Of a stretch of DNA of 64,000 nucleotides, positions 29,168-44,004 are shown piece by piece. The stretch comes from Octopus vulgaris (Eukaryota). Numbering within the stretch: the first letter of the stretch is position 1; each line of letters begins with the position of its first letter. The position numbers were made by a program, and so were the translations under genes. Location of the stretch: contig OX597832.1 of assembly GCA_951406725.2 (NCBI GenBank), positions 10,974,001 through 11,038,000 of the forward strand. Reading direction: 5' to 3'. The notes under the pieces are model-generated. The model was not told where the DNA came from, did no database searches, and worked only from the letters and a program-made list of their open reading frames with translations.

Positions 29168-30289
29168 TTTGACGAGATTAACCTAAGAAAAATATGCCTT
29201 AGGAAAGCACGAATACTGACGTATAATGCATAAGGTTTGCTTAATCGATTTTATTCAAGGTTTTTCTCCTCCTTCTTTACCAGTCTTCAAATTTACTAAA
29301 CAAACTGTCACTCAGGAGCATCCGACTGTCTTTGTAAATCAACAAATATAATCTGTAATTCACGTTCATAGTAAAGACATCGTTAGTTGTCCTAATATTC
29401 GAGACATTTCACTTAAATTACACATTAAATGAAATTACTAAAAAGTACAGCGTGTAAAATTTCTTTTGGTGAACTTGCACACAACATAATTACATATGAT
29501 GTTATTAAAAGTTACTTTTATAAGATTTTATTATGTATTTGTAGACGTTAAATTTTATTTATTTAGTTTAGCAACAGCAGCTGTTTGTTTCTAGTTAGGG
29601 GAAATATAATGTTGTTTTTAGGAGTCTATGTGCATCTCTTATGATAAATCTACGATAAAAATGAGTTAACGTATATTATTTGTCTGTTTAACTGTCAGCT
29701 ATTTTGGAGTGCATTGGTCATTAAGCAGTTAATTGATATAATAAAGGCTGAGAAAATCTCCATAAATAATGACATATGTTAAATGTAGTAATTATTAAAC
29801 ATATGGAGGGTAATTCCAACATATCCCGATAAGGTATACGTATTTGATTTCGTATACAGCTGTTCGATTTTCATGTGCATCACTATATTTATATCACAAT
29901 GCAATGACTTCGCAAATACCCTACATTTTTATTGCTTTCTGTTTTCTGCATTTAGGGTAATATATCTTCATGTATTTTTAACGTTAGTTCAATGAATTTT
30001 CTTTATCATTCTTTTTTATTAGTAAGATTTATCTTCCGTATTTTATCGGCTTTTCAATTAATATTCGTTATAAAACATGAAAGACATTGCTTTTTAGTAC
30101 CACTTTCTATCATATTCAATACTATACAGATGTCTTATTTCACACCAGCTCTTTCCTGCTTGAGGTTATATCCAACTGGTGTTTATAAAGCAAATCGGAA
30201 ACTAAGTAGTGAGGATGATTTCATCAACAGCACACGTTCCATTCCGTGCATCGAGGTAGTAAATTGTGATTGTGGCATTGGCAGAAGAG

Positions 30290-30810
30290 CTAGAACGTCG
30301 GACAATATATCCTGCGCAAATTTCGCACAGGCGTCGGGATTCGATGGAAGGACCACGTTACCAGTGAAGAGGTTCTGTTCTGGGCTAGACTGACCGGCAT
30401 TGAAGCTACCATGGCAGGGCACCGCCTCCACTGGTCGTGACACTTCATACGTATGCTTTGAAGGCGCCTCCTCTGTTAGGTTCTCAGTCACCAGACCGCG
30501 CGAGACCACCAAATTCTGTTTCCGAGACCAGCTCAAGCGACTGCTCTCTTCTGCTCTGTTGACCCAAATACCTGAGAGAAAATTGCCAAGGACCGCCCAA
30601 AGTGGAGATATATCATCGTAAAGGGAACGAAGCAGATGGAAAACAACGTACGTCAACTGTCTGAGATCAGACGTCGAAGAGACAAATAGCCACTCGCTCC
30701 TACTCGTCCTCCGCCAACTCTTACTTTTGATTAATTCCCCCAGCTTTTCTATAGTACCTTTGGCCTGAAGAGCCACTTCAGGCACTGGCACCGTCCACAC
30801 TCCTCTGGAT
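30290..30810 (+). mobile_element. RTE-clade LINE 3' end (decayed ORF with degenerate terminal zinc finger)
   Basis: Plus frame GIRWKDHVTSEEVLFWARLTGIEATMAGHRLHWS*HFIRM..VDPNT*EKIAKDRPKWR..FGLKSHFRHWH; in-frame stops; GC-rich. Confidence 0.85.
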
Positions 30811-31222
30811 GAAGACGCTCAACCTTTCGTTACACATTAACTATTCGTATGCGAGGTAATGACAACGACGTCGACAATTTGTTGACCCTTCTTTATTCTG
30901 TCTTCAAATTCCACTGCATTCATCGTTGCCTTTCACCCTTTCGTAATCAATAAATAAAAGTACTGTGATCGACTTCATCGAATAACACCACACACATGAA
31001 ATGTGGATGATATTATGCATATGTTAAAAATCACTTTACTGACCAATACCCAGGAGATGATAAGCAGATTCCACTCAGTCGAGAATAAGATCCCTTGAAA
31101 ATTTGATTACATGATGGGAAAACTACCAACGGTCAATTTACTTATTCTTTATTCCAGTGACCATAAAATTATTGCGAAGCTAGTAGAGATGAAAATCTTC
31201 TGCAATATTCTCTCAAGAAAAA

Positions 31223-31420
31223 GGCAGCGGGCTGGCAGAAACGTTAGCACGCCGGGCGAAATTTCTTAGTGGTATTTCGTTTGTCTTTGCATTCTGAGTT
31301 CAAATTCTTCTCATCCTTTCGTGGTCAATGAATTAACTATCAGTTGCGTACTGGGGTCGATCAAATTGACTGGACCCTCCCCCAAAATTTCGGGCCTTGC
31401 GCCCAGAGTAGAAAAGAATA
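31223..31420 (+). mobile_element. SINE family B (alternative tail) with 16-bp TSD
   Basis: Head ggcagcgggctggcagaaacgttagcacgccgggcg; tail ccccaaaatttcgggccttg; flanks aatattctctcaagaa / aatattccctcaagaa. Confidence 0.9.
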
Positions 31421-32849
31421 TTCCCTCAAGAATGCGTCGTATTGGGCCTAAGTTATGACGAAAATGTGAATGTTTCTACAACGCAGGATAACGTGTGTTT
31501 GTATTTAAGTAATTAATCCATGATTCTAAGTGGAAGTAAGGATGTAAACTATGATTTATAAGTGGCTACAGAATGAAGATATATAAAGGTATGAAATTCA
31601 TCAGAGCAAAGAAGACACCAATAAAATGACGGTTGCTTTAAACTACTTGATAAGTTATGTTTGTTGTCTAATAACGATCGAATGTATTCCCGAAGGATTT
31701 CTATTTAACGAAGTCTTCTTACATGGAATCCATTGATGTAATTCCGTCGTAGAATATATTGTTTAATGTGTTACTTAGTTGTATCTAACCTAGAATACCG
31801 CAATTACGATGTGAGCGTCGTAACTGCGAGGCCACGTCTATTCAAATATATTTACATCAGAGAAGAAGCGTTTGCTGCACAATTAAATAGAGTGTCACTG
31901 CTCAGGGACTTATCCTGATGTAATTAATTGTTTGTTTGTTATTTTTCCTACTAAATCTCTGGTTATCTCCCTGCTCTCTATAAGAGATGTCGTCCGAACA
32001 AACCATGCTGAATACTGAGGGTATGGAATAAAGAATTTATTGTCCTTATACATTCAGTATATTTTGACTATATCCGTTCTTGATATTATATTGCCACATA
32101 ATTTTTCTTGCCATTGGTTGCTGAAATGTTCCTGGGTTTCGGTAAAAGAAATTTCAGGAGGCCATATAATTGTGATTTTATGCAGCATATTCTGCATCAA
32201 GATGCACACATTTAGTACAGTGATTCTTCAGTTTTTTTCTAAGTAAAAGAACCTGAAAAATAGGACCTCCAATCAGGGCTTTCTCGATACCTAATCTAAG
32301 TCAGGAACCTTTCAGCTTCTCTTTGTACATTTTTCTTCTCATGTCATCGTGCCATTCGTTTTGTTTCGTATAAACCTTGTAATATAGTTTCTTTTTTCTA
32401 AACGTTTATCCGAATTTTGGGGTCATTTTTTTCTCTACTTGATACAGGGTAACACTTTCTCTGTATTTTTGTTTTCTTTTCATTGTCCTTGCTTTATGAT
32501 ATTTTTCTGTTTTTCTTCTTTTTTGGTTTGCAATTTTATATATATATTTTTAAATAAACATTAGTGTTATCAGAACTCGACCAAAATTAATAACCCTTCC
32601 TGTTAAATGCACAACAGCAGTATATTTAAGGACGCGAAGGATTATATGAGTCCCAGTATTGCTTGATACTTTTTTTATTACAAGCCCAGAATGGAAATCA
32701 GAGTCAACGATAAGATCGGGGACATTCGATCTCAGAACATAAATTTGGGGAATAAATTGTGTCTGCAACTTCGTTCAAAACTAACTATTGAAGCAATAAG
32801 CAAAATGTGTACCTGATATTACATCGCTTACATGGTTTTTTAAAATTTT

Positions 32850-33050
32850 TACCTTGACTGCAGCCAAGCTGGAGCAATGTCTTGAAGGGTTTTAGCCGAA
32901 AAAATCGACCATAGGATTTGCTTTATTAACGTAGTACTTTTTGTATCGTTAAGTTTTTGCCCAGCCGCTAGTTTACGGGGACATATACAAACACCGGTTG
33001 TCAAACTGTTGTGTAGCACAAACACAGACAAAAAGACACACACACGCATG

Positions 33051-33089
<39 letters not shown>

Positions 33090-33265
33090 ATACTTATATA
33101 CATATACGAGGGTTTTCTTCCGGTTTCTCTCCACCAAACCCCTTCACAATACATTGGGCAGATGGAGGCTTTAGTACAAGACACATGCCCAAGGTGCCAC
33201 GTAGTGGGACTAAACCCTGACTCATGTGATTGGGATGCAACGTTTTTAGCACACAGCCACGCCTG
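32850..33265 (-). mobile_element. SINE family A, diverged full length
   Basis: gacacatgcccaaggtgccacgtagtgggactaaaccc...acacagccacgcctg. Confidence 0.85.
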
Positions 33266-33529
33266 TTTTCCTTTGTATCTTCATTTCTGTTAAATTCTAT
33301 TTTCAAGTTTATTTCCCACAGTTTTATTCCTTGTTTTCTAATTATATTTAACTCTGGTTGAGAACGTAACCATCCACACTTTTGAACAATTCTTATTTAA
33401 TATCTGCTGCATTTGTGTACGTATGAGTGTGTACTTAAATTTCTGAATATTATTTTAAAATTTTTACAGATGATTGAAAATAGGTTAAAATGAAAAAAAA
33501 AATTAAAACTCCTTTACATCATGTAGAAA

Positions 33530-33638
33530 TGGAAATGCTAGGTACCCTATAAATAGGACACTGTAACAATGTGATATAGCTTATTAAATGTTCTCATTTA
33601 GTGTCCTATGTATAGGACAGTGGGATTTAATGGGTTAA
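33530..33638. mobile_element. piggyBac-like right terminus fragment
   Basis: Ends ...atGGG-TTAA with subterminal palindromes gtaccctataaataggacac and gtgtcctatgtataggacag; matching left end not found. Confidence 0.4.
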
Positions 33639-34920
33639 GAACGACACAGTATTATATTAGAGATACTTGACTACTCTTTCTTACATAGAAGATTCTCGGT
33701 ATTTCACTTTTTATATAAGCACACTTTAAATATACGGAAGTTATGTGCTTACTGAAGATAATATTCACAGCTCTAATAATCTTAATTCTAAAGTATTTTG
33801 CTTAAATTACGTATTTAAATGAAATAATCTGTGCGGAATACCGTACGCATTTTGTGATTGAAGTTGGTTTTATGATTTAAAGAACAGTTACATAATCCTC
33901 TTACATGAGAAAGATTGCACGAACAAAACATCATGAATTATCTGAGATTACTTGTTTATTAACCTACACAACACAACAAGAACGTGTAAGCGGAACGTTT
34001 TCCATTGAATAGAATAGGAATTCTAAAATTGAATAGAGCAGTAGCAGATTTGTGTACAAATAGAGTATCGTAATGTGTGAATAAATAAGATTGCATTAAA
34101 TATCTAGAATTTACTTGATATTTTGTAATTTCTCCGTATCATCTAGTTTAAGCAATTTTATGCGATTTTCTAATGCTTAAGTAGTACACCATAATGCTTC
34201 ATTGTTGTGTACAGTGAGCTCAATTGGAAATTTGGGTATCGCATCTTTATTTTGCTGTTGTGGATCATATTTGTTTCTGGTGTTACTGTTAATGTTTGTT
34301 TTACTAGTAACTATGTAGTATGTGTTAGTTACTATATAACATAGAATCGCAGATTTGATTGTGTTGTGTGTCGGTTTTATAAACAGTTAGATCATTGGAC
34401 AGAGATAGTTTTATGAGAGGTCCAAAAAAATATATCAAATACTTTTGAAATGATGACTTATTTGTTAGTTCGCAAACTGATAATTTTTGCTTTGTTCAAC
34501 AGAGAATAATGGATATAAGAGTTGTAAAGTAGTAACTGGTTGATCCTTGTGCAGTACTTATATTATGCGAGATGTTCAATTCTGTAATTTTAATTGTATA
34601 GTGTGTATGAGACTCGAAACAAGAGGCTAGTTTATTGAAGGATAGCTTAGTAGCGAATGTATAGTTGTTTTTATCAGAGATAATTTTACGTTTATGCGTA
34701 ATAAAAAAAACATTGTTTAATAGTTTCACTCATGTTTGTGCATCATATTAAGTGGCTGTATTATTAGCAATGTTGTCAATTTATATCAACCATTTGAAGT
34801 GTTTGTATTTCAGTATGATAGATTCTCAAATGATAGATTCTCAAAATCTTACTATGTCTCAGAAATAAGGGATATAGATTAAAGAGCGGCCACTCCTACC
34901 TTCATCCACCCGTTTTCTTA

Positions 34921-34922
<2 letters not shown>

Positions 34923-34976
<54 letters not shown>
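34923..34976. repeat. (CT)n microsatellite
   Basis: Directly visible. Confidence 0.95.
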
Positions 34977-34981
<5 letters not shown>

Positions 34982-35283
34982 TGCGATAGCTTGAACTTTC
35001 ATTTGGATTTTAAAATTTAATTTAAAATTCCTTCACGTTCTCTCGTTTTAACAAAGTCATCCACGTTTGTCTTGCTGTGAGTTAAATCCAGTTTCTAGTT
35101 TATTGCCTCCTTGTCTCCATTTCACTCTCTACATCTTTAGCTGCCCCTTTTATTCTCCATCTGTGTCTCTTCAAATATTTTTATATCTATAGCTATGATT
35201 TATAGCACATTTATTCCCATTTGATACCGCATTTTTTGATGCTTTATATCCTATGCTATAATTTATTTGTACTTTCGATGTCC

Positions 35284-35345
<62 letters not shown>

Positions 35346-35716
35346 TCGACATCTTATTAATTGTACATCACGTTACTATTCAAAGTAAACCGCAATTTAA
35401 ACTAATCTTTTTGCATTGAGATTATATTTTAGAATCTTTGTACAAAAGGACATATTTTTTGTCAAAATCGTATTTACTTTAGTAGTATACAAACGATGCA
35501 TTTAAAGAATCTGACGTTACAATTTCAAAGAAAATAGCTTAATAATGTGTACATATTTATGTATGACATAAGGTCAGTGCTATATGATAAAGGTTATGCA
35601 TAATAATGGATAGGAATAGTTTTAATGCCAAACGTCTTAATAAACAAGCGAAATGTTATGCAAATGTCGTAAAGATCATGTTTAATGCTGAAGAATTTTG
35701 AGAATATTTTTTAATA

Positions 35717-36075
35717 CAAAATGAAAATATATCTTCATAGTATAACATATACTGTATCGTTAATTGGAAAACTGGTGGTAAATACTATTGTTAATGTTCT
35801 ACACTCGTATACACAGACCCATACATATACACACACATTCTCTCTCTCTCACACAGACACACGCACACAAACTTTATCCCTATCACATACTTTCTCACAC
35901 TCTCACATACACATACATGCACACGTATGATTGGTATTATTAAATGAATCACAATATGTTATATATATTCATATATTTCAATGTATGTATACACATAAAT
36001 AGTATATTTTACAATTACACATCTTAGCATAGTGGATAGTGCATATATGTTCAGTAGATATTTGTGTATATATAT

Positions 36076-36144
<69 letters not shown>

Positions 36145-36314
36145 AGTGAGTTAATGTATGTTTGCGTTTGTTGTATGTGTGTGTGTGTGAGTGAGTTAAT
36201 GTATGTTTGCGTTTGTTGTATGTGTGTGTGTGTGTGTGTGAGTGAGTTAATGTATGTTTGCGTTTGTTGTGTGTGTGTGTGTGTGTGAGTGAGTTAATGT
36301 ATGTTTGCGTTTGT

Positions 36315-36346
<32 letters not shown>

Positions 36347-36878
36347 AGTGAGTTAATGTATGTTTGCGTTTGTTGTATGTGTGTGTATTTGAGTGTATGT
36401 GAATTTGTGTGGGTAGATATAGCAAGCTGTCTCCTCTTCAAGGACATCTGATAATAGCAGTACTCTTAATCCATATGAAGATGTCATATTTGCGTAAGGT
36501 ATGCATAAGTGTTGAAAATACTGGAAAATACGAAAATGAAAATATATCTTCATAGTATAACATATACTGTATCGTTAATTGGAAAACTGGTGGTAAATAC
36601 TATTGTTAATGTTCTACACTCGTATACACAGACCCACACATATACACACACATTCTCTCTCTCTCACACAGACACACGCACACATACTTTCTCCCTATTT
36701 CTCACACTCTCACATACACATACATGCACACGTATGATTGGTATTATTAAATGAATCACAATATGTTATATATATTCATATATTTCAATGTATGTATACA
36801 CATAAATAGTATATTTTACAATTACACATCTTAGCATAGTGGATAGTGCATATATGTTCAGTAGATATTTGTGTATAT

Positions 36879-36947
<69 letters not shown>

Positions 36948-37145
36948 CGTGTGTGTGTGAGTGAGTTAATGTATGTTTGCGTTTGTTGTATGTGTGTGTA
37001 TGTGAGTGTATGTGAATTTGTGTGGGTAGATATAGCAAGCTGTCTCCTCTTCAAGGACATCTGATAATAGCAGTACTCCTAATACATATGAAGATGTCAT
37101 ATTTGCGTAAGGTATGCATAAGTGTTCAAAATACTGGAAAATACG
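35717..37145 (+). repeat. Direct tandem duplication (35717-36532 and 36533-37145)
   Basis: Both units start aaaatgaaaatatatcttcatag and end aaaatactggaaaatacg; unit 1 has 5 copies and unit 2 has 1 copy of gagtgagttaatgtatgtttgcgtttgttgt(atgt)n. Confidence 0.95.
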
Positions 37146-40100
37146 ATTTGTAGTGGAATTACAATATTGAAATAGGAAATTAAACAAAATGGTATTATTC
37201 ATACACGATTACACGTGTTTTATATGGTATTGCAAGTTACAAAATTGTTCATGTGTAATTACAATGTTAAAGGGGGTGATTGGAAAATACTTAGTATTAT
37301 TCATACACCGCTCCACGTGTTTCATTTGCTAATACGAGTTACAAAATTGTATATGTACGAAATGTATTGCATGTTTGTCCTGCATATACAATTTTGTAGC
37401 TCCTGCCTGCAAAAGAAACAAGCGTAATGTTTAATAAATTATACCAAATTTCTTTCATTCCTCTGCTTCGGTGTGCATGTGTGTGCATGTGTGTGTGTAA
37501 TTACACATCTTAGCATAACATATACTTCCAGATATATTCAGTAGAATATGTATATTGAAGTAGGAATACATAAGATAGGAAGTGTTCTCAAATCTCTCTT
37601 GTACATGGATCCTTACTCATCAAGAATAATTTGAAAGTGATTCAAAAGTCTTTCACGGCAAGAATGCAGTGCACTTCCAGAAACAATTCTATTAATATAT
37701 ACCTTGTAAAAGAAAATCTCATAAACCGTTGTCTTACGCACAATCCCTTTACATTGTTAATATTAACCATATTCTTCTGTCCTGAGTTCCCTAAAATCCT
37801 TTGCCAAATATTGTCGTTAAAAAGCTATTGAAATTCTGATAAATTCACTGAAACTAAGAAAATAAGATTATTCCATGTGTTCTAATTATCAAATATCTTA
37901 GGAAGTGTTGTATACTCCTCCCAAGTAGTTGAAAACATGCATGCTCGAATATAGATAATGTATGAGTTTCTCATGGCCACTCGTGAAATCGACTTAAGAG
38001 ATCAATAATTTCCAGTTGTAGTTTATGGACAATGAGTGAATCTACATTTGTGGAACAGCTTTGATACATTCGACCAGTTGAACAACTGTCCAAATAATGG
38101 CATGCTGCGAAATCCCAAATGAGTATTGCGGGCCATACGTCATATTCTCCAAAGAATGATACGACGAGTAATTTTGCAGCGATAGTATTGCAACTTTTAA
38201 TCGTAGTATTATTGATTTCTAATTCATTCAACTCTATGCCAGCCATTCTCTCTATCTTTGTGAGTCTGCCTCTCCATCTGTCTATCTCTTCCTTTATTTC
38301 TCTCTCTCTCTATCTATCTATCTATTTTTCTATTCGTCAATCCATCTATCGCTATTCAAGTATCTCTTTCCTTCACTTACTCTCTCGCTCTCAATGTATT
38401 TTGTAGACGTGATTCATTTGTTTCTCACTTACTACTACCGCACTTTCTTACACTCTGTCATATAAATTTATTCACCCTATATTTTCTCAGCACTTTTCTG
38501 TTCGTTGGCACATTCCATTTTTTTTTATTTTATTTCCCCAACTCCCATGACTACGCTCGGTCTCTTTCTCTGTTTCTAATACAAATCTTCGAAACGACTG
38601 AAAATGTTAACAGTAGATATCTTGCTGAGAACCATATATCTCCAAAGTCATGAAGACTGATAAACAATTTGAACAGAAAAGATATGTAGGGGAATTTTGC
38701 AGCAGAATAAGACTACATATACACAGGAATGAAATTATTATAATACTAATTTTCGAAATAAATAGCAAATTTATTTACAACATTCAATCGTTTAATTAGG
38801 GCTACGACAACAAAATTACCAGGGTTCACAGAAAATATTTTAAATATATATAAACTATTCTTCAAAAAAATATTCATCAGTGGATGAATGTTGTGAATAA
38901 TATATCTTTGGTGTATATAACATCAAAGTTTAAGAGTAATCCATAGGGAAGAAATAGGAATTTGTACGTTTTCGCATGCGTTTAGCCGAAAGGGGATATA
39001 AAATTGAAAAAGACAAAGCAAGAACCACTTGCAAGACTACATGTTGGAATATAGATTAAATTAGACAAGTACAGGATATATTCTTGTCATAGTGATGCAC
39101 GAAATTGGTAGGCAGCCAAACAAAAATTAATTTACACCGGCTCCCAAAAGAAAACCTATAAGCAAAGACATATAAACACACAAAGACAAGATTTGCTGAA
39201 TAAATAAACATGTGTGAGAGAAAGTATAAATCGATGTATTTACGCGTGTTAATAATTCTATTAGATGTATATGGATATACGTATTAACATCAGTATATAT
39301 ATATATATATATATAAATCTCTGTATTAATATATCTATAGACACACAGAAAAAATCACACACACATATGTACATATACATACATATATATATATATATAA
39401 GTATATACATGTATACTTAAGTGAATATGCGTATTCATGTGTACGTAAATCTGGAAGGACGGAAATGAGTCCTCGACACTGAATTTGTGGATATAATTTC
39501 TCTATTTGTCAATGAAGTCTAGCATTGTTTTCATGTTAAGAAAAATACCAAATATCCTTCTATCTTCACAGTATCACAAGCTGATCACATGAAAGAAGAT
39601 GTTCGCTTCCATTTTCTCAATGAATCAATTAATCAAGTGACGTTACCCATGAGTGATATCTTTTGGGTGTTTGTCTCCCTTTAATTTGTCTTTTGGGTAA
39701 TTTTGGGGGGATCAGTTTGTTTGCTTTATTTTCATTATTTTGTATTTTGTTCGGGGAATAATGTTCTTATACTTGTGTGCTGAGTTATTTCGGCACTGGA
39801 GCATGTTCGTTCATTGTGTGAAATTTGTGTGCTATGTGGATTCACGTTTAAGAAATGGTAGGGTTACCTCACGCATAGGGTTCTTTTCTTTGAAATATCT
39901 GTGTGTAAAATGTTGTTTGTGTATACAGAGAGAGAAGGTTTCATATCTAACGTATATGATGTTATATGTTGATTGCATAATGTTTAATTCTTCTTTAATA
40001 CAGATTTCACATTTGGTACCTCGGCCTCTCTATTTTTTGACTTTAACAATGATTTTCATTTCACTCTAAGGATGTATGTGTGTATATAACACATGCTTAA

Positions 40101-40460
40101 GCAGGGTGTGTATTTGTGAGTATAGATGTACTTCTAAGCGAATGTACGTATGTATGTACGCATGCACGCATGTGTGCATTTATGTATATTTCGTGTTTGA
40201 GCGTATGCCTTCAAGATTGGTCCATTATCTTCTTTATCATTCATAAAAAAAGTGTGGTCACAAATGTAGCTAATAGTTTATCGACTTCACTTTCGAGAAA
40301 ATATATCGTTTCTAAGTTATCCGACATGTAAGAAGCACATGTGCAACTTCTAATCTCTTCACACTAGCATAAAACCTGACACGATTTCATACACGCATAC
40401 ATATGCTTATACATATACACATATAAATATACACAGGCAGATATTTGCCCTTTTCTTAAA

Positions 40461-40619
40461 TATTCTTTTCACGCTAAGCCCAAGGCCCGAAAGTTTAGGG
40501 GCAGTGGGGCGAGTGGATTAGATCGACCCTAGTACGCAAATGGTGCTTAATTTATCGACCCAAAAGTATGAAAGGTAAAGTCGACCTCGGCGGAATTTGA
40601 ACTCAGAACGTAAAGACAG
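40461..40619 (-). mobile_element. SINE family B, 5'-truncated
   Basis: aaagtcgacctcggcggaatttgaactcagaacgtaaagac. Confidence 0.85.
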
Positions 40620-41609
40620 CCACATCTTAAAAATTGAATAACATATGGTGTAATGTAGAACTGTGATATTTTTCATTTGAAGTCACATAGCAGATTGGTC
40701 ATACTTTATGCGAATATCTCAACAAACAGGTGTTCGTAAAATTTGAAAAGAAAATCATTAATACTGTATGTGCTTGTTTTAAGTCATATACGTGGGGGCG
40801 GGGTGAATATGGGAATTTTTTTCTTTATTTTCAGTGGATATTTGTGGTTTTCGTTCCTGTTTACAATTATCTTTAAAAACTTTTTGATGTATCCTATAAA
40901 TGCAATTTTTGCCGCTGAATCCGAATTTGTTATTCATTAATTCCAGAAAAATTTTACCAAAATCTTACAGGTGTTCAAAGTTTGATAAATTTCAGAATTT
41001 TAGGCCAGTAGGTGGGGTCATCGGCGTGTCGAAGCATTAAGCTAGCTATAGTAAACAGTAAAAAACTTGAAAGCATTCGGGAGCAAATTAAATATTTCAA
41101 AGCTACGAACAAACCAACAGGAGCTGGAAGAAATAAGAGTCAAAACATTGTTTTAAACATACATTTATTAGTTTAAAAAATTCAAAAACGGAACTTTGTA
41201 ATACACTCTACGATTTTATAAAATAAATTATCTTTCTCGTATCTTTTTCTCCACATACGAAAGATTAAAGCTGTGGCCATGTTCTAGAATCGAATACCTT
41301 CTGTAATGAAAATATTAGTAAAAAATGCAAATATTTGAAAATATTTGATTTAATTTTTAAATCATAAAATACCCATATTTAAATTGTTTTCTTTTCTTTT
41401 CTAAGCATATATGATTATGTTTTCCTATTAAATTTCCTATTACATGGGTGTACCAAGATATTTCATTCGTCGTGGTTCTGTTTCGTTTTGGATTTGTTTG
41501 CATTTATTTCCAAATTATTCTTGTTTTCCAATCATTTATCACTACCGTCATATTTAGACACAGTTCTGAGCGAACCAAAAACGTTAGAGACAAAGAGGTC
41601 TTAAAATAA

Positions 41610-41826
41610 TGCTTTCTACTACAGGCACAAGGCCTGAAATATTGGGGGAGGTTTTAATTCAATTATATCGACCCCAGTACGCAACTGGTACTTAAATAAT
41701 CGACCCTTAATTGACGAAAGGCAAAGTCGACTTCACCTGAATTGGAACTCGGAACGTGGTGACGAGCGAAATACCGCTAGGCATTTTGCCCCCGGCGTGC
41801 TAACGGTTCGGCCTGTTCATCGCCTT
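41610..41826 (-). mobile_element. SINE family B
   Basis: ggcacaaggcctgaaat...atcgaccccagtacgcaactggtac...ccggcgtgctaacg. Confidence 0.85.
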
Positions 41827-41896
41827 GTAAAAGAGACGTTAAAATAATGAGAGCATACAGTGTGAGACACCGGGAAATGAATGAAGAAATAAAGCA

Positions 41897-42015
41897 AGTG
41901 ATGTGTGTGTGTGTGTGTGTGTGATGTGTGTGTATGTGATGTGTGTGTGTATGATGTGTGTGTGTGTGTGTGTGATGTGTGTGTGTGTGATGTGTGTGTG
42001 TATGATGTGTGTGCA
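41897..42015. repeat. (TG)n punctuated by tga
   Basis: Directly visible. Confidence 0.9.
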
Positions 42016-42753
42016 TGAGAGGGTTCTGAAAATGGCTTTGGGCCAAAAGAAAAAAAACAGCTGGATCAGTTATAAGATTTAATCAACATATTTCCCTCAC
42101 CGATTCATAATTATTGCAGCGGTCTTTCAGTTTTTCTAAGCTCGGTAAAAGAACTCGGAAGTCTGAGCCTCCAGGCAGGCCTTTCGTGATAACCTTAAAG
42201 CCAGGGACTTTTCAGTACCCATGTGCATATGTATCTATATAAGGTACAATTAATAGCACCCTTCATGATTATTCCCTCACTAACCTTCGTGCATTTCCAC
42301 CCAACACTTGAAGCTCTTATATGTATTAATAACATGAATTTTTTTTTAGCTACCGTTATAAACCCGTGATCTCCCTACATCGTCCGCTCTGCACATGACA
42401 ATATGCTGACGCATACACAGGCGTGCACATCTATGATATACAATGGACGCTCAGTTAATATATGCGTGCGCGCGAGGATATGTGAATGTTTGCTGTCAAG
42501 TATTAAACCCCAAAGCTCACTCCGACTTCTACGTTCTCCTGATGGTTACGTACTTATCTCTCATTTCCCTTCTTCCTTGCCTCTCTCATCTTCTCTCATA
42601 GCAATTCCATCTTATTCCCACTCCTAAATATTTGACACTTTCTCTTCCTTTTCCTCTCACTCTTGACTATTTCATTTCCTAAAACTCTTTCTTTTCTCCT
42701 CCTTTGATTCTGTATAAACGTAAAGGCATGTTTGCGACAACGTAGTAATTTAC

Positions 42754-42940
42754 CGCGAAATCCTTAGCGGTATTTCGCCAGCCATTACATTTTGAGTTCA
42801 AATTCCGCCGAGGTCAACTTTGCCTTTCTTTCATTAAATAAGCACCATTTACGGACTAGGGTTGATGTAATCGACGTTATCCCTTTATCTGCCCTTGTTT
42901 GTCTCCTCTATGTTTAGCTCCCACCCACGTGGGCAGTAAA
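42754..42940 (+). mobile_element. SINE family B, head-truncated
   Basis: cttagcggtatttcg...gagttcaaattccgccgaggtcaactttgcc...gtgggcagtaaa. Confidence 0.85.
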
Positions 42941-43170
42941 TAGATAAATAAATATATTCATTTACCGTTCACATAGTAGAATATCTCCAGCTTAGCATCC
43001 AACGACCTTCCCCACAGTCAGCATCAATCTATCCGATATGCCTCCTTCCTTTTCTCCTTTTTAAACTTTTAACAACTTTTGACAAATTTCCACACCCATA
43101 TATTTGACCTCTTCCTTCTTTTATATTACCGACCTGCTTATTTCTTCATACAAATGTTTTCTATTGCTGG

Positions 43171-43554
43171 TTTACTCTTTTACTTGTTTCAGTCATTTGA
43201 TTGTGGCCATGCTGGAGCACCGCCTTTAGTCGAGCAACTCGACCCCAGTACTTATTTTTGTAAGCCTTATTCTATCAGTCTCTTTTGCAGAACCGCTAAT
43301 TTAGGGTGACGTAAACACAACAGCATCGGATGTCAAGCGATGTTGGGGAGACAAACACAGACGCACAAACATATAAATAAATAAATATATATATAAAATA
43401 TACGACGGGCTTCTTTCAGTTTTCGTCTACCAAATCCACTCTCAAGGCTTTGGTCGACTCGAGGCTATATTTGAAGACACTTGCCCGAAATGCCACGCAG
43501 TAGGACGGATTCCGGATCCATTTAGTTGGTAAACAAGCTACTTACCACACAGCC
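43171..43554 (-). mobile_element. SINE family A
   Basis: tacttgtttcagtcatttga...gctacttaccacacagcc. Confidence 0.9.
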
Positions 43555-44004
43555 GGCGAGATAATTTGAGATTGCTTAACGACAAATTAATTAACTTTAG
43601 TCTGATCAGTTGCTAATGGAGTATCCCTCGTTGAGTAATAATCACTTACGAAGATCTGCTAAGCTGAGGGAAAGAAGATATCTACAGTTAAACATGAAGT
43701 AGAAATTTACCAATATTAACACTCTCGAAATTTGCCGTAAAAACAACTCTTCGTGACCGTCTTCAGATATTACGACGTTAGACCCTCAAAATTCATGTCG
43801 AATTTAACAGGATGTCATGATTTGGTCAAGGGTTGGATCAGTGGTCGGATAGATAAACTTTAAGTTTCTTGTCCGAATGCGGATCTGAAATTCATTCATC
43901 TCTTTGGCAGATTAAGAGAATTTACGTGTGAGGTTTTTTGTTTTCTTTTTTTGCCTTATGCGTATTAGAGCACACCTTCCCCAGTATATGTATTTCATAT
44001 CTAT

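Noticed and set aside
30183-30800. 205-aa minus-strand ORF
   Set aside because: Antisense shadow of the decayed RTE LINE on the + strand; GTG start and no recognisable domain.
36141-36390. Regularly spaced direct repeats resembling a CRISPR array
   Set aside because: Spacers are only variable (TG)n; a eukaryotic minisatellite with no cas genes.
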